Assembly: GCA_030264375.1 (NCBI GenBank)
Contig: JASCQW010000043.1
Coordinates: forward strand, 89,835,373 to 89,899,372
Length of the DNA stretch: 64,000 bases
Reading direction: 5' to 3'
From: Carcharhinus longimanus
Taxonomy: Eukaryota
Program-made: the position numbers and the translations under genes
Shown: positions 1 to 13,479 of the stretch, one piece after another
Layout: each line of letters opens with the position of its first letter
How positions within the stretch are numbered: the stretch's first letter is position 1
Notes under the pieces: model-generated
The model's database searches: none
Told to the model about the DNA's origin: nothing
The model's input: the letters and a program-made list of their open reading frames with translations, nothing else

Positions 1-339
1 TTAACAAAAAGAAAACAAAAGAAATAGTTTGCGCACAAAGATTCTAACAAATTAATTCTAGTAGCTTTTTGCTGCATAGAGTACATATGGAAACTAAAAA
101 TAAATATCAGCCTGTGAATCACCCTCATGACAGCACCATCAAATCATGTGATCAGCTCTTAAAGCAACTATGCAACCACTTAAATATATAACAGTTACCC
201 CATTAGGTCTGTTAGAAAGCTGTCCCAGTATTACAGAGAAAAAATTCTCTTCAGACAGAATAGTTTCAACAAGGTTGTTAGCCAGAAATTGTTGTATCTA
301 GCATACAAATAGGTGCACTGTTCCACATTTGTACCACGA

Positions 340-850
340 GAAACATAGAAGCTAGCAGTGCGGAAGGAGATTATTCAGCTCATAATGCTTATACAGTTCT
401 TTGAAAGAACTATTCAATTGTTACCACTTGCTTGCTCTTTGTCCACAACCCTGAATATATTTCCACTTCAAGTCGTTATTAAATTCCCTTTTGAAAGTTA
501 CTGTTGGGTCTATTTTCACCACCCTTTTGGGCAATGCAATCTCGATCACAATATAAAAAAGTTAAAGTCACATGTGGCTATTTTATCAATTGCCTCAAAT
601 TTGTGTTAACTGGTTACTGATAGTTCTCCCAATGGAAACAATTTCTCCTTATTTACTCTATCAAGACACTTCATGATTTCAAATTAAATCTCCCCTTAAT
701 CTTGATTGCTATAAGAACAATCACAGCTATTTTAATATATCCACATAACTATAGTCTCTTGAGCCATTGTACCATTCTAGTCAATATCTTCTGCACCCTG
801 TTTAAGGCAGTGACATCCTTCATAAAATTTGGTGGCCAGAATAGGGAGAA
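340..850 (-). mobile_element. Old CR1 (HER1-like) LINE 3' fragment
   Basis: Begins with reverse CR1 tail (agaaacatagaa...ggagattattcagc) and continues into decayed RT C-terminal sequence (ctgcaccctg..cacatccttc); boundaries approximate. Confidence 0.55.
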
Positions 851-2338
851 TTACAAATCATGTTGTATTTTGTGGTAAATCATTATTCTGCTCCTCCATC
901 CATAATATGAAAAATAAATCAAGAAACTGGAGTATGTTGACCTTATCTCATGAAAGCATTCATTTAGAACACATTTCAGAAGATAGGGGTCCATGTGAGA
1001 TCATAGCATGTGATACACATAACAAGGAGCTTTCAGCATTATGACTCTGGGTTATTCTATCATATGATAAGATTTAGGCAGGAACTCCTGATCATAAATG
1101 ATCCAGGGTCCATTTACAGGAGAAGCTGACTATGTGGAACCCATAAAAATATCTGGTGCGAGCCAGGAATTTATAATTGGTAAAGAACATTCTCTACCAT
1201 AGCTCAAAAGAATTCAGAGTCATCATATTCCTCCTCCGAATGTTCTAATTTGTTGCACTGTTCTTTCTTACCTTGTGTTTTTTCTGAGTACAACTGTCAG
1301 GGTTGGGTTATTTAAAGTATCTGGTTGCTGTATGTTTATGAGAAGCTCTGGATTGAATGCGACTGAAGACACTCAAGAACTCTTTGAGCACAAGTCTGAT
1401 GTAGTCTAGTCCAGGTGTAGCCTGTTCTTCCCCTTTTTTTTAATCAAATCAACATAGAGGTGGTCAAATTATATGGATTGCTGTGATTAGAAAAAGCACC
1501 ATCAATGGCTAGAATATACACCTGCCCTTACCAGATCAAGATTCTACTGCATAACCAAAATTTCAATAAGTGAAGAATCAAATGTTATAACTGGTAAGGC
1601 CAAATGTTATAGAAGAAATATAAAGGTTACAAAAATTAAAGGATTCAAATGATTTAATGAAAGACCATAGTTGATATGATCATGTAGGCTGATTAAACCA
1701 AGTGGCCTATTTATAAAATCTAACTTTTAGTTATGGGACTGCTTAAGGAAGAGTTNNNNNNNNNNNNNNNNNNNNNNNNNCAAGATATTTTCCTCAAACA
1801 GCCAGAATTAACTTGCTCTGATGCTTTAGCTTTGGAGTTGTCTTTCCAATTGTGACAAAAATTGACATCTTAACTTTTACAGTGAGAGCTCCTAAGGGTC
1901 ATCAGTATGTTTCTTTATTAATAATTACCCCTTAGTTAAATGCTCCATTAAAAAAAATCTTGAACAATTCTAAAGGAGATCCACTGTTTTAACTGACTAC
2001 TTATATCATGCTAGGTATGAAGATGTAGAAGGTGTGCATGATGTGTTCAGGTAAATTGCAGCTAAGGAGATTCAAGGAGAAAGGAAACATGGAAGGAGGT
2101 GACAATTGGAAAAATGGAAGCCATTTATTTTAATCCCTAATCGAAGCTCCAATTCCTAACCATCAGCTCCAACCCTCTGACTAGCAGCAGTCTGAGATTA
2201 AGCCAGTTCACACTGAAAATAAATATTTTGAAGTTTTTCTGAACAGATATTTAAAAGCAAATTGGATCTACTGATGTCACATTTGACCCCAGAATTGAGC
2301 TTCCCAACTCAAATTCATGTAATTGTTAACAACACACT

Positions 2339-2475
2339 GGGCGGGATTTTCTGGACATGCATGCCCCAAGACCAGATGTTCCCGCCCAAGGCCATGGATT
2401 TTTGCACGGTCTGCCGAATTTTCTGTCTCACTGGCTACGGATTTCCCTGGCAGGCGGGGCAGGAAAATTCCACCC
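2339..2475. mobile_element. ~135-bp MITE (PIF/Harbinger/Tourist-like)
   Basis: Terminal inverted repeats gggcgggattttc / gaaaattccaccc, flanked by act / att; same family at 3137, 35721 and 51737. Confidence 0.7.
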
Positions 2476-2599
2476 ATTTTTCCACTTCCATAACAGCATA
2501 CGACTTTGTTCCTGTCTCAGGTCATCTGCTGCTGAAATTCTTGTTCATGTTGTCAGTACTTCTGGAGTTAAACTATTCCAATGCAATTCTGCCTGGTCT

Positions 2600-2780
2600 C
2601 CCACATTCTACCTCAAGTTGAGGTCATCCGAGCTCCACTGCCCATGTTATAACTTGTACCAAGTTGTGGGTCAACCCATAGCACATGAACTGCAGTGTTT
2701 CAAGAAGACAGCTCATGACCAGCTTCTCAAGGGCAACAAGGGATGGCCAGCCAGTGACGTCCACATCCCAAAACTGAATT
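2600..2780 (+). mobile_element. 3' tail of a CR1/Jockey-group LINE ('AWMSAAPT' family)
   Basis: ctgcagtgtttcaagaagacagctcatgaccagcttctcaagggcaa..ggatgg..gccagtgacgtccacatccc matches the tails at ~43450-43530 and ~55150-55250. Confidence 0.6.
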
Positions 2781-2799
2781 TAAAAGGTCCTGTTTTCTT

Positions 2800-3380
2800 A
2801 TTGCCCCATGCTCGTTGATCTACAATGGTTCCCAGTCAAGCAATACAGTGATTTTGAAATTCTCGACTTTGTTTTCAAATCCTTCCATGGTCTTGCCTCT
2901 CCCTATCTCTGTAATCTCCTCCAATCTCACAACCATCCAAGAAATTTGCTTGCCTGTTTTTCTGACCTCTCTTCCCTCTCTAATTTTAATGATTCCATTG
3001 TAGGTGACACCGTCAGTTGCCTCAGCCTCAAGCTCTGGAAACCCTCTATACACCTCTCTATCTATTTCTCTCATCTCTTTTGAGACACTCCTTAAAACCT
3101 ACCTCTTTACCCAAACTTTTGGGTAACTGATCTAATGAGCAGGATTTTATAATCTCGCTTGTGCTGACACCGTAAAACCCCGACAGAGAATCACAGACCT
3201 TCCTACTGTTTCCCCCCCCACAACCTCACCCGCTCCAATTCCCATGGTGGATGGGGTGGTAAAATTCTAGCCAATATCTCCTTATGTGGCTCAGTTTCAT
3301 ACTTTGCTTTATAATGCTGCTATGAAGCCTCTTGTGACATTACCTTAAAGGCGCTATATAAATATAAGTTGCAGTTGTGA
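2800..3380 (+). mobile_element. L2 LINE 3' end, interrupted by a MITE
   Basis: ORF 2808-3083 reads LVDLQWFPVKQYSDFEILDFVFKSFHGLASPYLCNLL, the L2 RT C-terminal LHWLPV..FKIL..FKSLHGLAP.YL motif; ends with the L2-type tail ttaaaggcgctatataaatataagttg. Confidence 0.8.
3137..3272. mobile_element. ~135-bp MITE inserted in L2
   Basis: TIRs gagcaggatttta / taaaattctagcc with a 3-bp TSD aat/aat; splits the L2 tail. Confidence 0.75.
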
Positions 3381-3447
3381 GGAGTTCCACAGTTTTGACA
3401 TCCTGGGAAATAACGAGTTAGACTATGAGAGTGTATGATGAGTCTTT

Positions 3448-3772
3448 CATAGAATCCCTACAGTGCAAAGGGGTCTATTCAGCCCATCAAGCCTGCATCA
3501 ACAACAATTCCACCCGGACCCTCTCCCCATAATCCCACATATTTACCCTGCTAGTCCCCTTGACACTAAGAGGCAATTTAGCATGATCAATCCACCTAAC
3601 CTGCACATCTTTGGACTTTGGGAGGAAACCAGAGCACCCAGAGGAAATCCATGGAGATACAGGGAGAGTGTGCAAATTCCACACAGACAGTGATCCGAGG
3701 CTGGAATTGAACCCGGATCCCTAGCATTGTGAGGCAGCAGTGCTAACCACTGTGCCACCATGCCACACACAT
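3448..3772 (-). mobile_element. HE1-type shark tRNA-derived V-SINE, full length
   Basis: Reverse strand has the tRNA head (ggcatggtggcacagtggttagcactgctgcctcac...gggttcaattcc), the central V-domain and a HER1/CR1-like tail (gggattctatga); TSD agtcttt at 3441-3447 and 3773-3779. Confidence 0.9.
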
Positions 3773-5007
3773 AGTCTTTATTTCAATGCTGACAGGGTAA
3801 CATAATCTGTATTTTTTGATGGAAAAATCTGTACAGTAAAATTTAACATTATGCAATAGCTTATGAACAAAAAAACGATCCAGTAGAAATGGAACTTGCA
3901 TAATGTAGGGAACTTAGTGCAAGGGTAAGGTGCAGGATTCTAAACTGTCACTCAAACAACTTCTTGATGCTGCTTTATATAATATTTGTTAATGTATTCT
4001 GACTGGACAATTTTCTGGTTATCAACTGCAGAAAAACACTTGACAAATATGCAGCAATTGCTTTATAAAGCAGTGATCCTCAAGCGTGGATGTCATCACA
4101 TACCAGTTCTCTGGAAGATCCCTGCCATCATCGTCTATTTCAATACTGTATTTGATGGAAAAAAAGGAGTAAAATTAAATGAGGCTTTCCATGTGAATTT
4201 TACATATACTTGAAATTTGTTTTTATGACTAATAATATCATTTAAACATTCAATTTAAAATTACTGTAGTATCAGTGAATCATTCACAGTATTCATTACC
4301 GTTGATTTACTATTAATGATAATGCAAAAATAACTTCTCTATACTTACAAATTTATGTCAACTGAGTGCTTATATCAACAGACACAAATATATAACATCT
4401 GAACATCCATTCATCTTGTGTGGGTCATTAGAATTTATATTTCTAACTCACCCTCCACACCCCTCTCCCCATGTCCCCAAGTTCCCTCGAGTTCACTGCT
4501 TTTGGTTCATGGGAGTTGTTCTCAATATTCCTCTGATGTATAACCAATTTGCTAATGCTGTTTAGCCCCACTGGACTTCTGGGTCAATTTCCGCCAGCTC
4601 CTACTTGACTATACCTCCTCAACACTCTCATTCCACTGGGTGACTTTTGGTAGTACTGTTCCCCACTGATAATTAGACTTTCCTTCAGGATACATTGCCT
4701 CTCTAACTGTCTGTGAAGTTGGACAATGATGCACAATGCTCTGAACTCACTCCATGCTTTCTACAAGTCAACTTTATTCCAGCACAGGACTTCCTACTCT
4801 TTCAAATTGAAATGCCCTGTTCTCTGTATATAACCTCTCATAATTTCTGCTATGCCTATGTCACCTGAATTCCTCTANNNNNNNNNNNNNNNNNNNNNNN
4901 NNNNNNNNNNNNNNNNNNNNNNNNNNNNNNNNNNNNNNNNNNNNNNNNNNNNNNNNNNNNNNNNNNNNNNNNNNNNNTCACCTGAATTCCTCTATGTTCA
5001 TTTATTG

Positions 5008-5960
5008 AATCATAGAGTGGTTACAACACAGGAGGAGGCCATTCAGCCCATCATGCCAAAAACAACTCAGCTAGTCCCATTGTCTATCCTTTCTCCAATA
5101 CCCTCCAATGTTTTTCTGTGCAAGTGTCGATCTAATTCTTTTTTGAAAGCCCAATTTAAACTGCCTCCATCATACACTCACAGATCTTCACCAGTTGCTG
5201 TGTGTAAAACATTTTCCTCATGTTGCTGTAGGTTCTTTTGATAATTACCTTAAATTGGTGTTCTCTGGCTCTTGTGCCTTCTGATGTGGAGATACCGATG
5301 TTGGACTGGCGTAAACACAGTAAGATGTCTCACAACACCAGGTTAAAGTCCAACAGGTTTGTTTGGTAGCTTTCCGAGCACTGCTCCTTTGCCTTCTGCC
5401 AGTGGAAACAATTTCCTTCTATTTATTCTGTGCAGAGGTCTCATGCTTTTGAAAACTTTTATCAAATCTTTTCTCAACCTTCTCAAAAAAGAACAGACCC
5501 AGTTTCTCAAATCAATCCGTACAACTGAAGACCCTCGTCCCTAAATCCATTTTTGTCAATTTTCCTGCACCTTCTCTAAAACCTTCACATCCTTCCTAGG
5601 GCATGATGCGCTCAACTGGACACAAGACTACACAGGCTAAATCTGTGTTTATCCATTTCTTTTGTACTCTTATGCCTCAATTTATGAGAGCCAGGATCCC
5701 GTATGCCTTTTTAATCACTTTCTCAACTTTCCCTGCCAATGATTTGGGTACATATACCTCAAGGTTGTGGGTTTCATGTACCTCCTTTAAGATTGTATCC
5801 TTTATTTTCTATTGTCTCTTTTTGCTCTTCCTACCAAAATGTATCACTCCAATCTTCATTATGTTACATTTCATCTGCCAGGTGTCTGTCCATTCCACTA
5901 ACCTATTGTCCTCCTCATAGTTCACAATATTTCCACACTTGTGTCATCTGCAAATTTTGA
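5008..5960 (-). mobile_element. Decayed CR1 LINE 3' portion
   Basis: Tail gaatcatagag..ggaggccattcagcccatca, then RT sequence ending ttgtgtcatctgcaaatttt (reverse = KFADDTK). Confidence 0.8.
5284..5389. mobile_element. Penelope-type terminal fragment inserted in CR1
   Basis: atgtggagataccgatgttggactgg..cacaacaccaggttaaagtccaacaggttt..agctttccgagcactgctcctt, flanked by a 9-bp direct repeat tgccttctg (5275-5283, 5390-5398). Confidence 0.65.
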
Positions 5961-6395
5961 AAATCCTCCCAAGACGTCTCCACTCTAACCATGAGCCCAC
6001 ATCTCTCTTTTGTTTTCTTTATCTAAATGCGCTCTAAGCTCTGCTTATCCATGGCAACCACTCTGCTTTCTCGACGGTATTCCCACTAAACTGTTGACCA
6101 CTCAACTTCCTTCTATGGCCCCCACACAAGGTAAAATTGTAAATTGTTTGCTCTGCTCATACATTACCCACCTCCAGTTTTGAAGCCACCCTAATCGCAT
6201 CTTCCTCAAATACCTTGCTCTCTCTTTGCAAACTACGTCCCTCCCACAAATTCTTTTTCCTCACAAGTGCTTGTATCTGCCTATTTCCCCAGAACTCTCC
6301 AGCTAAATTCCTCCAGTCAGGTTTTTTGCCTTTATGTCAGCACCAAATTGGCCCTAAGCCAAGTCACACATGACATCCTCTATGACTATGACTAT

Positions 6396-8033
6396 GAGCA
6401 GGATTATTAGCCCCTAATGGGGGCAAGCATGGAGGTGAGCAGGTGTACAAATTCATGTCAGTTCCACTGGGTCAGTGTATGATTCTAAAACAAGTAACTC
6501 AGAAATGAGTGAGGAGCATTTCCTTAAGAGTTACCAGAGTTGTTCCATATGCTGAAAGATGCCCCACAAGTCTAGGTTCCGTATGGCACTCAAAGTGGCA
6601 ACGAAAGTCACCATGGCCATCAATATATATATACCTCAGGATTGTTTCACATAAGCACCGACAATGTATGCACTGTAAGCCAGTTCAATGCACACAAACT
6701 CACCACAGAGGTAACAGGTGTCTTGTTCTGCTTGCCCAACATTTTAATTCTTTGAAAGAACAAACAGCATCAGCACAATAAATTTCTATAGATTTGCTGA
6801 CTTCCATGCATCCACTGATCTCATGCATGGCATAACTTGGTTCCCATGCCCAGTATAATTTTGTACACGAATAGCAACAGATATTGCTCCATCAATTTGC
6901 AGCTCATATGTGAATAAAGTGTGCAATTATACAGTTTTTTAAAAAATATATATTTATTTGTGGGACATGGGCATCACTGGCTGGCCAGCATTTATTGTCC
7001 ATCCCTAGTTTCCCCTTGTTTAAAGGGCAGTTGAGAGTAAGCCAGACCATGTAAGGATGGCAGATTTCTTCCCTAAAGGACATTAATGAACCAGTGGGTT
7101 TCCTGATAATCGACAATGGTTTCATAGTCATTAGTAGATTCTTAATACCAGATATTTTTTACCAAATTCAAATTCTACCATGGCGGAATTCGAACCTGGG
7201 TTCCCAGAACATTAGCTGATTAATAGCCTAGTGATAATACCACTTGGCCATCACCTCCTCAAATGTTAAATGCCCAGAAAAATGCTTTATTTTTAGGGGT
7301 AATTCTCAGTGACACTATTACTTGAAATGAAAGGAAGACCAAGACAAGTCACTGCTGCCATGGTTAAATGGCTGTTTTGTACCAAGCACAGACAGATGCA
7401 GAACACAGAAATGATGATGATGATGCACCTTATCCAAAAGGAAGGATGATCACCAACCATTTGGTTGGAACCTGAAGTAGAATTCAAAGATGTTTGTCGA
7501 GACAAGTCAGGGGCATGTCAAAGAACAACCCTTGCGGAGTTGCAAAAGTAAATGTTACCTGCTGAGTGCCCGCTAGCCATTTCACACTGAACAGCATCAG
7601 TTGGCTACAGGCAGGACTTCTGCCCTCCCTCAGGAGGAAGTCCTGCTGTCAGACTGGCTGGCAGCTTTTCTGTCCCTGCAGAGACAGTGCATGTGTGTCT
7701 GTGGTCCAGAGATCATTGGACCATGGGGGAAGGGAACCAAAGTCATAAGAGTCTTTCTGAGGGGAGCAATTCTCCCCTTCCTGCCTGAAATCTAAGCCCA
7801 TTCATCTTCAGGTTCCTTCGGGCCAGGTAAATCTTCTTACCAGTGCTAAAATTGAGCTGGGCAGTAAAAGATCCTAAAAGGACCGCAACTAGGTACAGTA
7901 TCCTGTCTGAGGCCTTGCCCATCCAGGTGTGAAATCGCTATGAGATCAGGTCAGACAGGAACCCAGAGAAATCCAATTCTTTCAATTTCATGCCCCCCCA
8001 AAAACCAATGATTCAGAGTGTAGAATTCAGGCC
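6396..8033 (+). mobile_element. Fossil PIF/Harbinger DNA transposon (HARBI1-like transposase remnant)
   Basis: ~6585-6930 translates, with frameshifts, to ALKVATKVTMAINIY/TSGLFHISTDNVCTVSQFNAHKLTTEVTGVLF...YTNSNRYCSINLQLICE, resembling Harbinger ALPVAVKVTVALNFYASGSFQ..GDLCGISQS..H / YVNRKG.HSLNVQLVCD; ends resemble the MITE TIRs (gagcaggatt.. / ..gaattcaggcc); outer boundaries less certain. Confidence 0.7.
6940..7260 (-). mobile_element. tRNA-derived SINE with 'AWMSAAPT'-LINE tail, nested in the Harbinger transposase
   Basis: Reverse head ggaggtgatggccaagtggtattatcactagg..ccaggttcgaattccgcc; tail agggatggacaataaatgctggccagccagtgatgccc; same family at 45725 and 54470. Confidence 0.8.
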
Positions 8034-8074
8034 GTGATTAATTTTAATTCTTGAATTGACATGGCAAAAGGAAA

Positions 8075-8250
8075 CAGGTTATCTAGTCATTATACATTAC
8101 AGCATGTGGAGCTTTCTATGTACAGATTGGTAGCCTTGTTTCCTACATTACAACAGTGATCATATTTCAAAATAGCTAATTGGTTGTAAAGAGCTCTGGG
8201 GTTTCCTGATGTCTCAAAAGGCAATATTTAAGTGCAAGACTTTCTTTTGC
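8075..8250 (+). mobile_element. 3' part of SacSINE1/DeuSINE-like element
   Basis: gtgggagcttt..gtacagattggtagcc..tttcctacattacaacagtga..attggttgtaaag..aagtgcaagactttcttt, homologous to 40050-40160. Confidence 0.6.
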
Positions 8251-8399
8251 TCCTAATTAAACCTGGGTTGGTGTTCTGATTTGATCGTAATGACAGAATG
8301 AGGTATATGCCTGGCCATGAGGTTACAGACTCTGGTAACCCTGCTGATGCCCTGCAGTGCCTCATGGATGCCCAATTTTGAGCTGTCATTTAGTGTTAT

Positions 8400-8950
8400 G
8401 AGAAGGTAACACACAATGATACAACGTATCTTCAGTGTGGAAATAGGACATCATTTCTACAAAGTCTGTGTGGTGGACAGAAGAGTCTGTGAAAGGTGGA
8501 TTTGTAAGGATGAGGCCAAGCAGGTTTTTCCCTTGTGTTAATTCTCTCACCATCTGCTGTTGGTTCAGTCTGGCAGCTATGTCCTTTACAATTCATCCAG
8601 CTCAGTCAGAGGTTCCAAGCCTCTCTGGCTGATGAACATTGGCATTTTATCCTTCTACCTAGCCCTTGCCACTCTCAGTGTAACTTCCAAGTGGTGTTCA
8701 AAATGGTTCATCAGCCTAGGGATGGTAATCAACTGGAGGTTTCCTTGACCTTGGCTTGATTTGGACTCCATGGGATCCCATGTTGAGAACTCCCAGGGCA
8801 ACTGCCTCTGAATGTACCACCTCCTCTAGTGAGTGTGTACTGCATATAGGGCAGGACATAGTCAAGGAAGGTAATGGAAGACTCTTGATTGTCATTGATT
8901 GTAAAGTATGGTTTTGTGCATTTAACTATGACTTAAATCTTTTAGTCCTA
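8400..8950 (-). mobile_element. Decayed LINE endonuclease-region fragment (CR1/Jockey group)
   Basis: Reverse strand shows residual APE motifs (GD.N.H, ..DLI.TN) around ccagctcagtca..tggctgatgaacatt. Confidence 0.45.
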
Positions 8951-10699
8951 TCCACCTCGGGATGGGACGGACAAATGCAAGGTCTATTGCCCTTGGGTAG
9001 GTGGAACCAGAAGGACCCAACCTATGTCAGGCTGGTGCTACTCTTTGGGATTGCTCTCCCAACTTTGGCATTCCAGATTCATAAAATTAATTGAATTAAA
9101 ATTGCCCAAATAGCGAGGTGGAATTAGGACTCATATTTCTAACACATTATTCCAGGCCTCTGAATTACTGTTCCAGTAACTATGCTATCATACCCATTGT
9201 GGATGATTTTGAATGTAGAGAAGATAGCCCTTTATAAGCCCATTATTCTTTGCCTGCATTCTTCTCCATTGTTGTGTCCTGCTCACTATTCCCAAGTTTT
9301 CCTGTGATTGTTTCTCCTGAGCGTTGAAATATAAACACCTTATGCAATATGATTCAAATGCAGTATTTTTAAATGTTTCCATTTTGTTGCCAGTAGAAGT
9401 TGGCAGTTTGACTTTGGCCCTTGCATTTATCTAATGAATGTGGTCTGGAACATGTAGCTTACCACTGCTCTCTGTAATTACTAATGGAAAAAAGCAGCTT
9501 CAATGGCTGGCTGTAAGGTTTCGCTGCCAGTGTTCTTGAATTGGGAGTAGAGTGTGGCCTACATGTGCCAAGGACCCAGAAGGCTCCGCAGGCAAGTCAG
9601 TCAAGCCCTTAACTGTCTGCTTGCCTGATCCTAATGGTTTTTGGCAGATCTAATAATATTTTATCAGAGGCAATGACAGCTACATCGGGAAGTCACCATG
9701 AGAACCAAGTGGCCTATCCTTCTATAATAAATGCATCTCCCAGCTGGAGAATACACCCTTAATATGTGCACATATATTTGAGAGTAGAGCAGTGGGTATT
9801 TGAGACTCATGGACTTCCTCCAGAATGAACAATCCTACTCAGACAGACAGTACAGCAGGACTAGTAACCAGACTGGATCTGAACATGGACTCTGTCAATT
9901 TATTTTCCTCAACTGTAAACTATGAATCATCTGTCTTCTGACTTATTTTCAAGATCATCTGCACTGCGCTGCCTGGCTGATCCTCTATTTCTACTAAAAA
10001 CGAAGAGATTCCAATTCAGCAGGATCACTATTATTACATTGGCATTCTTAGTGACATTGCCCAAATGTGCACCTGGATGATTGTTCTTCAGTAGGATAAT
10101 GTTACCTGACATAAACATTATGTACTTGCTATCAGCTAGGGTGAAGTTTACAGCTTTGCCAGCTTTCATTTTTTCTATGCTTTCCTTCAAATGATTTCCA
10201 ATATAATCCTGTTGAATAAGCCTAGAAATCCATATTACTTGGGTCCATTTCAAGAGCAGGAGCCTTAATGTCAGTTGAAGATCACTTTGCCTTGCAAGTA
10301 GAACAATACTAATGCATGAAAGCAGTGAGATTGTTTGGGATCAGCAAACTCTCTGTGGCATTGTGGACATTTTTTAACGAAATTGTACCATCCTTTGAAG
10401 TATCTACTATTTAAACTGGCTTTTCGAATTCTGGCTGCGCAGACAAATTGCAAAAACAGCATTATAACTAAATCACTTCACAATTGCATTTTTCTATACA
10501 TTCTCAATTATACAAACAAGTTAGTAATTCAAGTTACCTTACAGAAGTTGGTTAATTTCCTCATTTGCTTCCATGGGGAAGCATTTCAGGGTGAGAAGAG
10601 GCACCAAATATACAAGATGTAATGTAAGAGATTGACTTCCTTTCAAATCCCCTTATGGCAGGCACATATCATAAATGTTCATTTCTGTGTAGTCTAACT

Positions 10700-11125
10700 C
10701 AGTTGGACTTTGAATCAAAGAATTATGGGCTCAAGCCCTTGCCAGGAATTTGATCTTACTGTCCAATAAAACATTACTGACAGAGGGAAAGCAGCAGTGT
10801 TGCAGAATCCATTTTTTAAATGAGAAGTGAAACTAAATCTGCTTTACTTTATTGGGCCAGGAATTGTATCATCCTGGCCCAATAGGATATTACAAAGGGG
10901 CAACATTCAAAGAGGGGGAGGAATGCTTGCTGTGTTTTAGCTAATATCCCTTCCTGAATCAGCTTTGCTGAAATCAGCTCAACTAATTATGTTACTGTCA
11001 GATTTTGTGTGGGAAAATGACTGATATTCATCTCAGCTGTCATTGCAATGAAAAGTGGTAAAATGTAAATGAAGTGATGGGATATTTCTGAGACATGATT
11101 AGGTGCTGTATAAATGCATACCTTT
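10700..11125 (+). mobile_element. Very old DeuSINE-like element
   Basis: Remnant gggctcaagccc head, aaatgagaagtgaaac / aaagagggggaggaat..gctaatatccc Deu-like blocks, and ggtgctgtataaatgca tail. Confidence 0.4.
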
Positions 11126-11674
11126 TATATTTTGCTCGTCTTCCAGTGTATTGCTTAAAGTTAGCCGTCTTCCTAATATTTCAGGCCTATATGGTTTGCA
11201 ACAGAGCACTGGCTAATTCAGTGATATCGGCTGAACCAGACATTCCTTGCAGGTCTCCTCTCCCATAAAGGGTAACCCGCCATTTTGCCCACTCCTACTG
11301 AAGCCGCAGCACAGACGTCAATAGAAGTGATCAAATTTCCAGGCGGGCCACATTCAATCCAACTCATTGAAGCAAAAGATAAGGTATATTGGTATTTATT
11401 TATTTATAGATTTTATTTAGAGCTCTTGATTCCTGGCTTGAATTATTGCACTGACATCTGTATCAAGTGCCTGAGCTGAGCCTCGTCTTGGATAAGGACA
11501 AGAGGACCACTTGTCACTACAGATCTTTGTGCTGCAACCACTGACGATACCTCACAATTCTGTAGAAAGCTTTTTCTCTTGACTATTATTCTAAATCTCT
11601 TGCCTTCTATATTGCATATATTTCCTCCCCTCCAATTACTGGAAGAGGCTACATCTGCTTACATCAGCCTTGAT

Positions 11675-12092
11675 ATTCTTTCCTTCCGATTGTATCACAG
11701 CTTGGTATGGTTCCTGCTCTTTCCAAGACCGCAAAAAACAACAACATATAAATTCTATCTTTACTTCCCACTGCCTTGGAAAAACAGCCAGCATAATCAA
11801 GGACCCCAAACACCCCAGACATATTCTCTTCCACCTTCCTCTGTCAGGAAAAAGATACAAAAGTCTGAGGTCACATAACAACCAACTCCACAACAGCTTC
11901 TTCACTAGTGCCATCAGACTTTTTGAATGGACCTAACTTGTATTAAGTTGATCTTTTTCTACACCCTAGCTTATGACTGTAACACTATATTCTGCACCCT
12001 CTCCTTTCCTTCTCTATATACAGTATGCTGTCTGTAATAGGATGCAAAAAAAACTTTTCACTATGTAATACGTCACAATAAATCAAATCATA
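11675..12092 (+). mobile_element. Rex1/Babar LINE 3' end
   Basis: CITAWYGSCSFQDRKK...KTASIIKDPKHPRHILFHLPLSGKRYKSLRSHNNQLHNSFFTSAIRL; tail aataaatcaaatca. Confidence 0.85.
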
Positions 12093-13479
12093 ATTTAAAA
12101 TACTGTATCTCTATCACATTTGACTGGAATGCATGTTTTGAACATGAAGGGACACAAAGTCAAAATGATCTGGCCCTTACCCATTCTGATTAAGGATGCA
12201 CTAAGTTTGTTTGATTTCCTGTATTCCTAAGCGCTCATATATAATTGGCTACCTCAGTGGTTACATGCAAGCCACAAAATACTGTGTAAATAGTAATGGA
12301 TCCTCCACTGTGTTGGTGGGAACTTCTAAGGCAATCCACATACTTTATTCAGTAACATATACTGTTCAAATAAAGTATCCTCTTCTGTTTTTCAAGGTAT
12401 TGGATGACATTTTTTCTGTTCCAAGTGGCATCATCAGTTCTTTGCACTATTGACATGGCACATGGTGATGGGATTTGGGTTAGTGTTAGTGGTTACAGTT
12501 AGAAACCATTATTGAAAACACCATGATCACTGGTCTCACTCTTTCTCATTTATCTTTCACGCAGACAAATCACAAATCAAGCTCATGAATTGTTAATTCA
12601 AGGAACTTTCTTCTGAGCCCTGATTTCCCCCCTCCTTTTGCATCACTATGTTGATCACAGGAAGATGATGACATCAGACATTCAAAATTTAGCACAAGAA
12701 CAAACAATTTCAGGTTTATGCTAGTTATACTCACTCGGCCACACTAATGAGCATTGGATTGCGTAGCAATATCTTCATCCAATTTCCTTCACTGGAGCTG
12801 GTTTTGCCACCATAACTATTCCCCATATTAATACCGGTCAACTCCCATGGGGGGAGGGGGCAATTTATGGGAAACCATAAAAAATAATCCCAGAGTTAGT
12901 CCACTTATAATTATCAGATTGCTCAAGCAAGCTCTGCAGAATTTGTTCATTTTAACCTTACCAAAAACAGAGATGCGCAGACTCAGTGAAAACCATATGG
13001 GTTCCCAAGACCTACTGACCTTCACAAATGAGTGGCTGCCTTTGAAAGCACTGGAGTTTAGAAAAACACAAAGACTAAAGGGACAATTATTTATTCTGCA
13101 GAATGTGATTCTCCATTGAAAATATGACATTTTAGCCAGAATATTTTACAAGCAAAGAATTTCTGGAGCCACGTTTAATCAAAATCTGTAGCAGTTTTTC
13201 TCCAAAACTTAGATTTCGACAATTTGAAAGAATTGTAGGTTCAACAGATTTGTTGAAACTGTGTCCCCAGATGTTATCCTATAAAGAAAATATGAAACTT
13301 TATCTTTGGTAGCTTTAAAAATGTGCCTGATTCTGTGATACCCCTAATGACACCAATCCATATGTAAAAAGCAGTTTCTATAGTATTTGTCGGTTTGTTT
13401 ATCCAAATCCCTGTCATTCTCAACAGCCGGCAACCAGTACATCTGGTATATGTAGAACTTCAACCCTTCCCATCCACGA

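Noticed and set aside
12828-13130. Overlapping 90-100 aa ORFs on both strands upstream of the promoter
   Set aside because: No recognisable homology or splice support; consistent with chance ORFs
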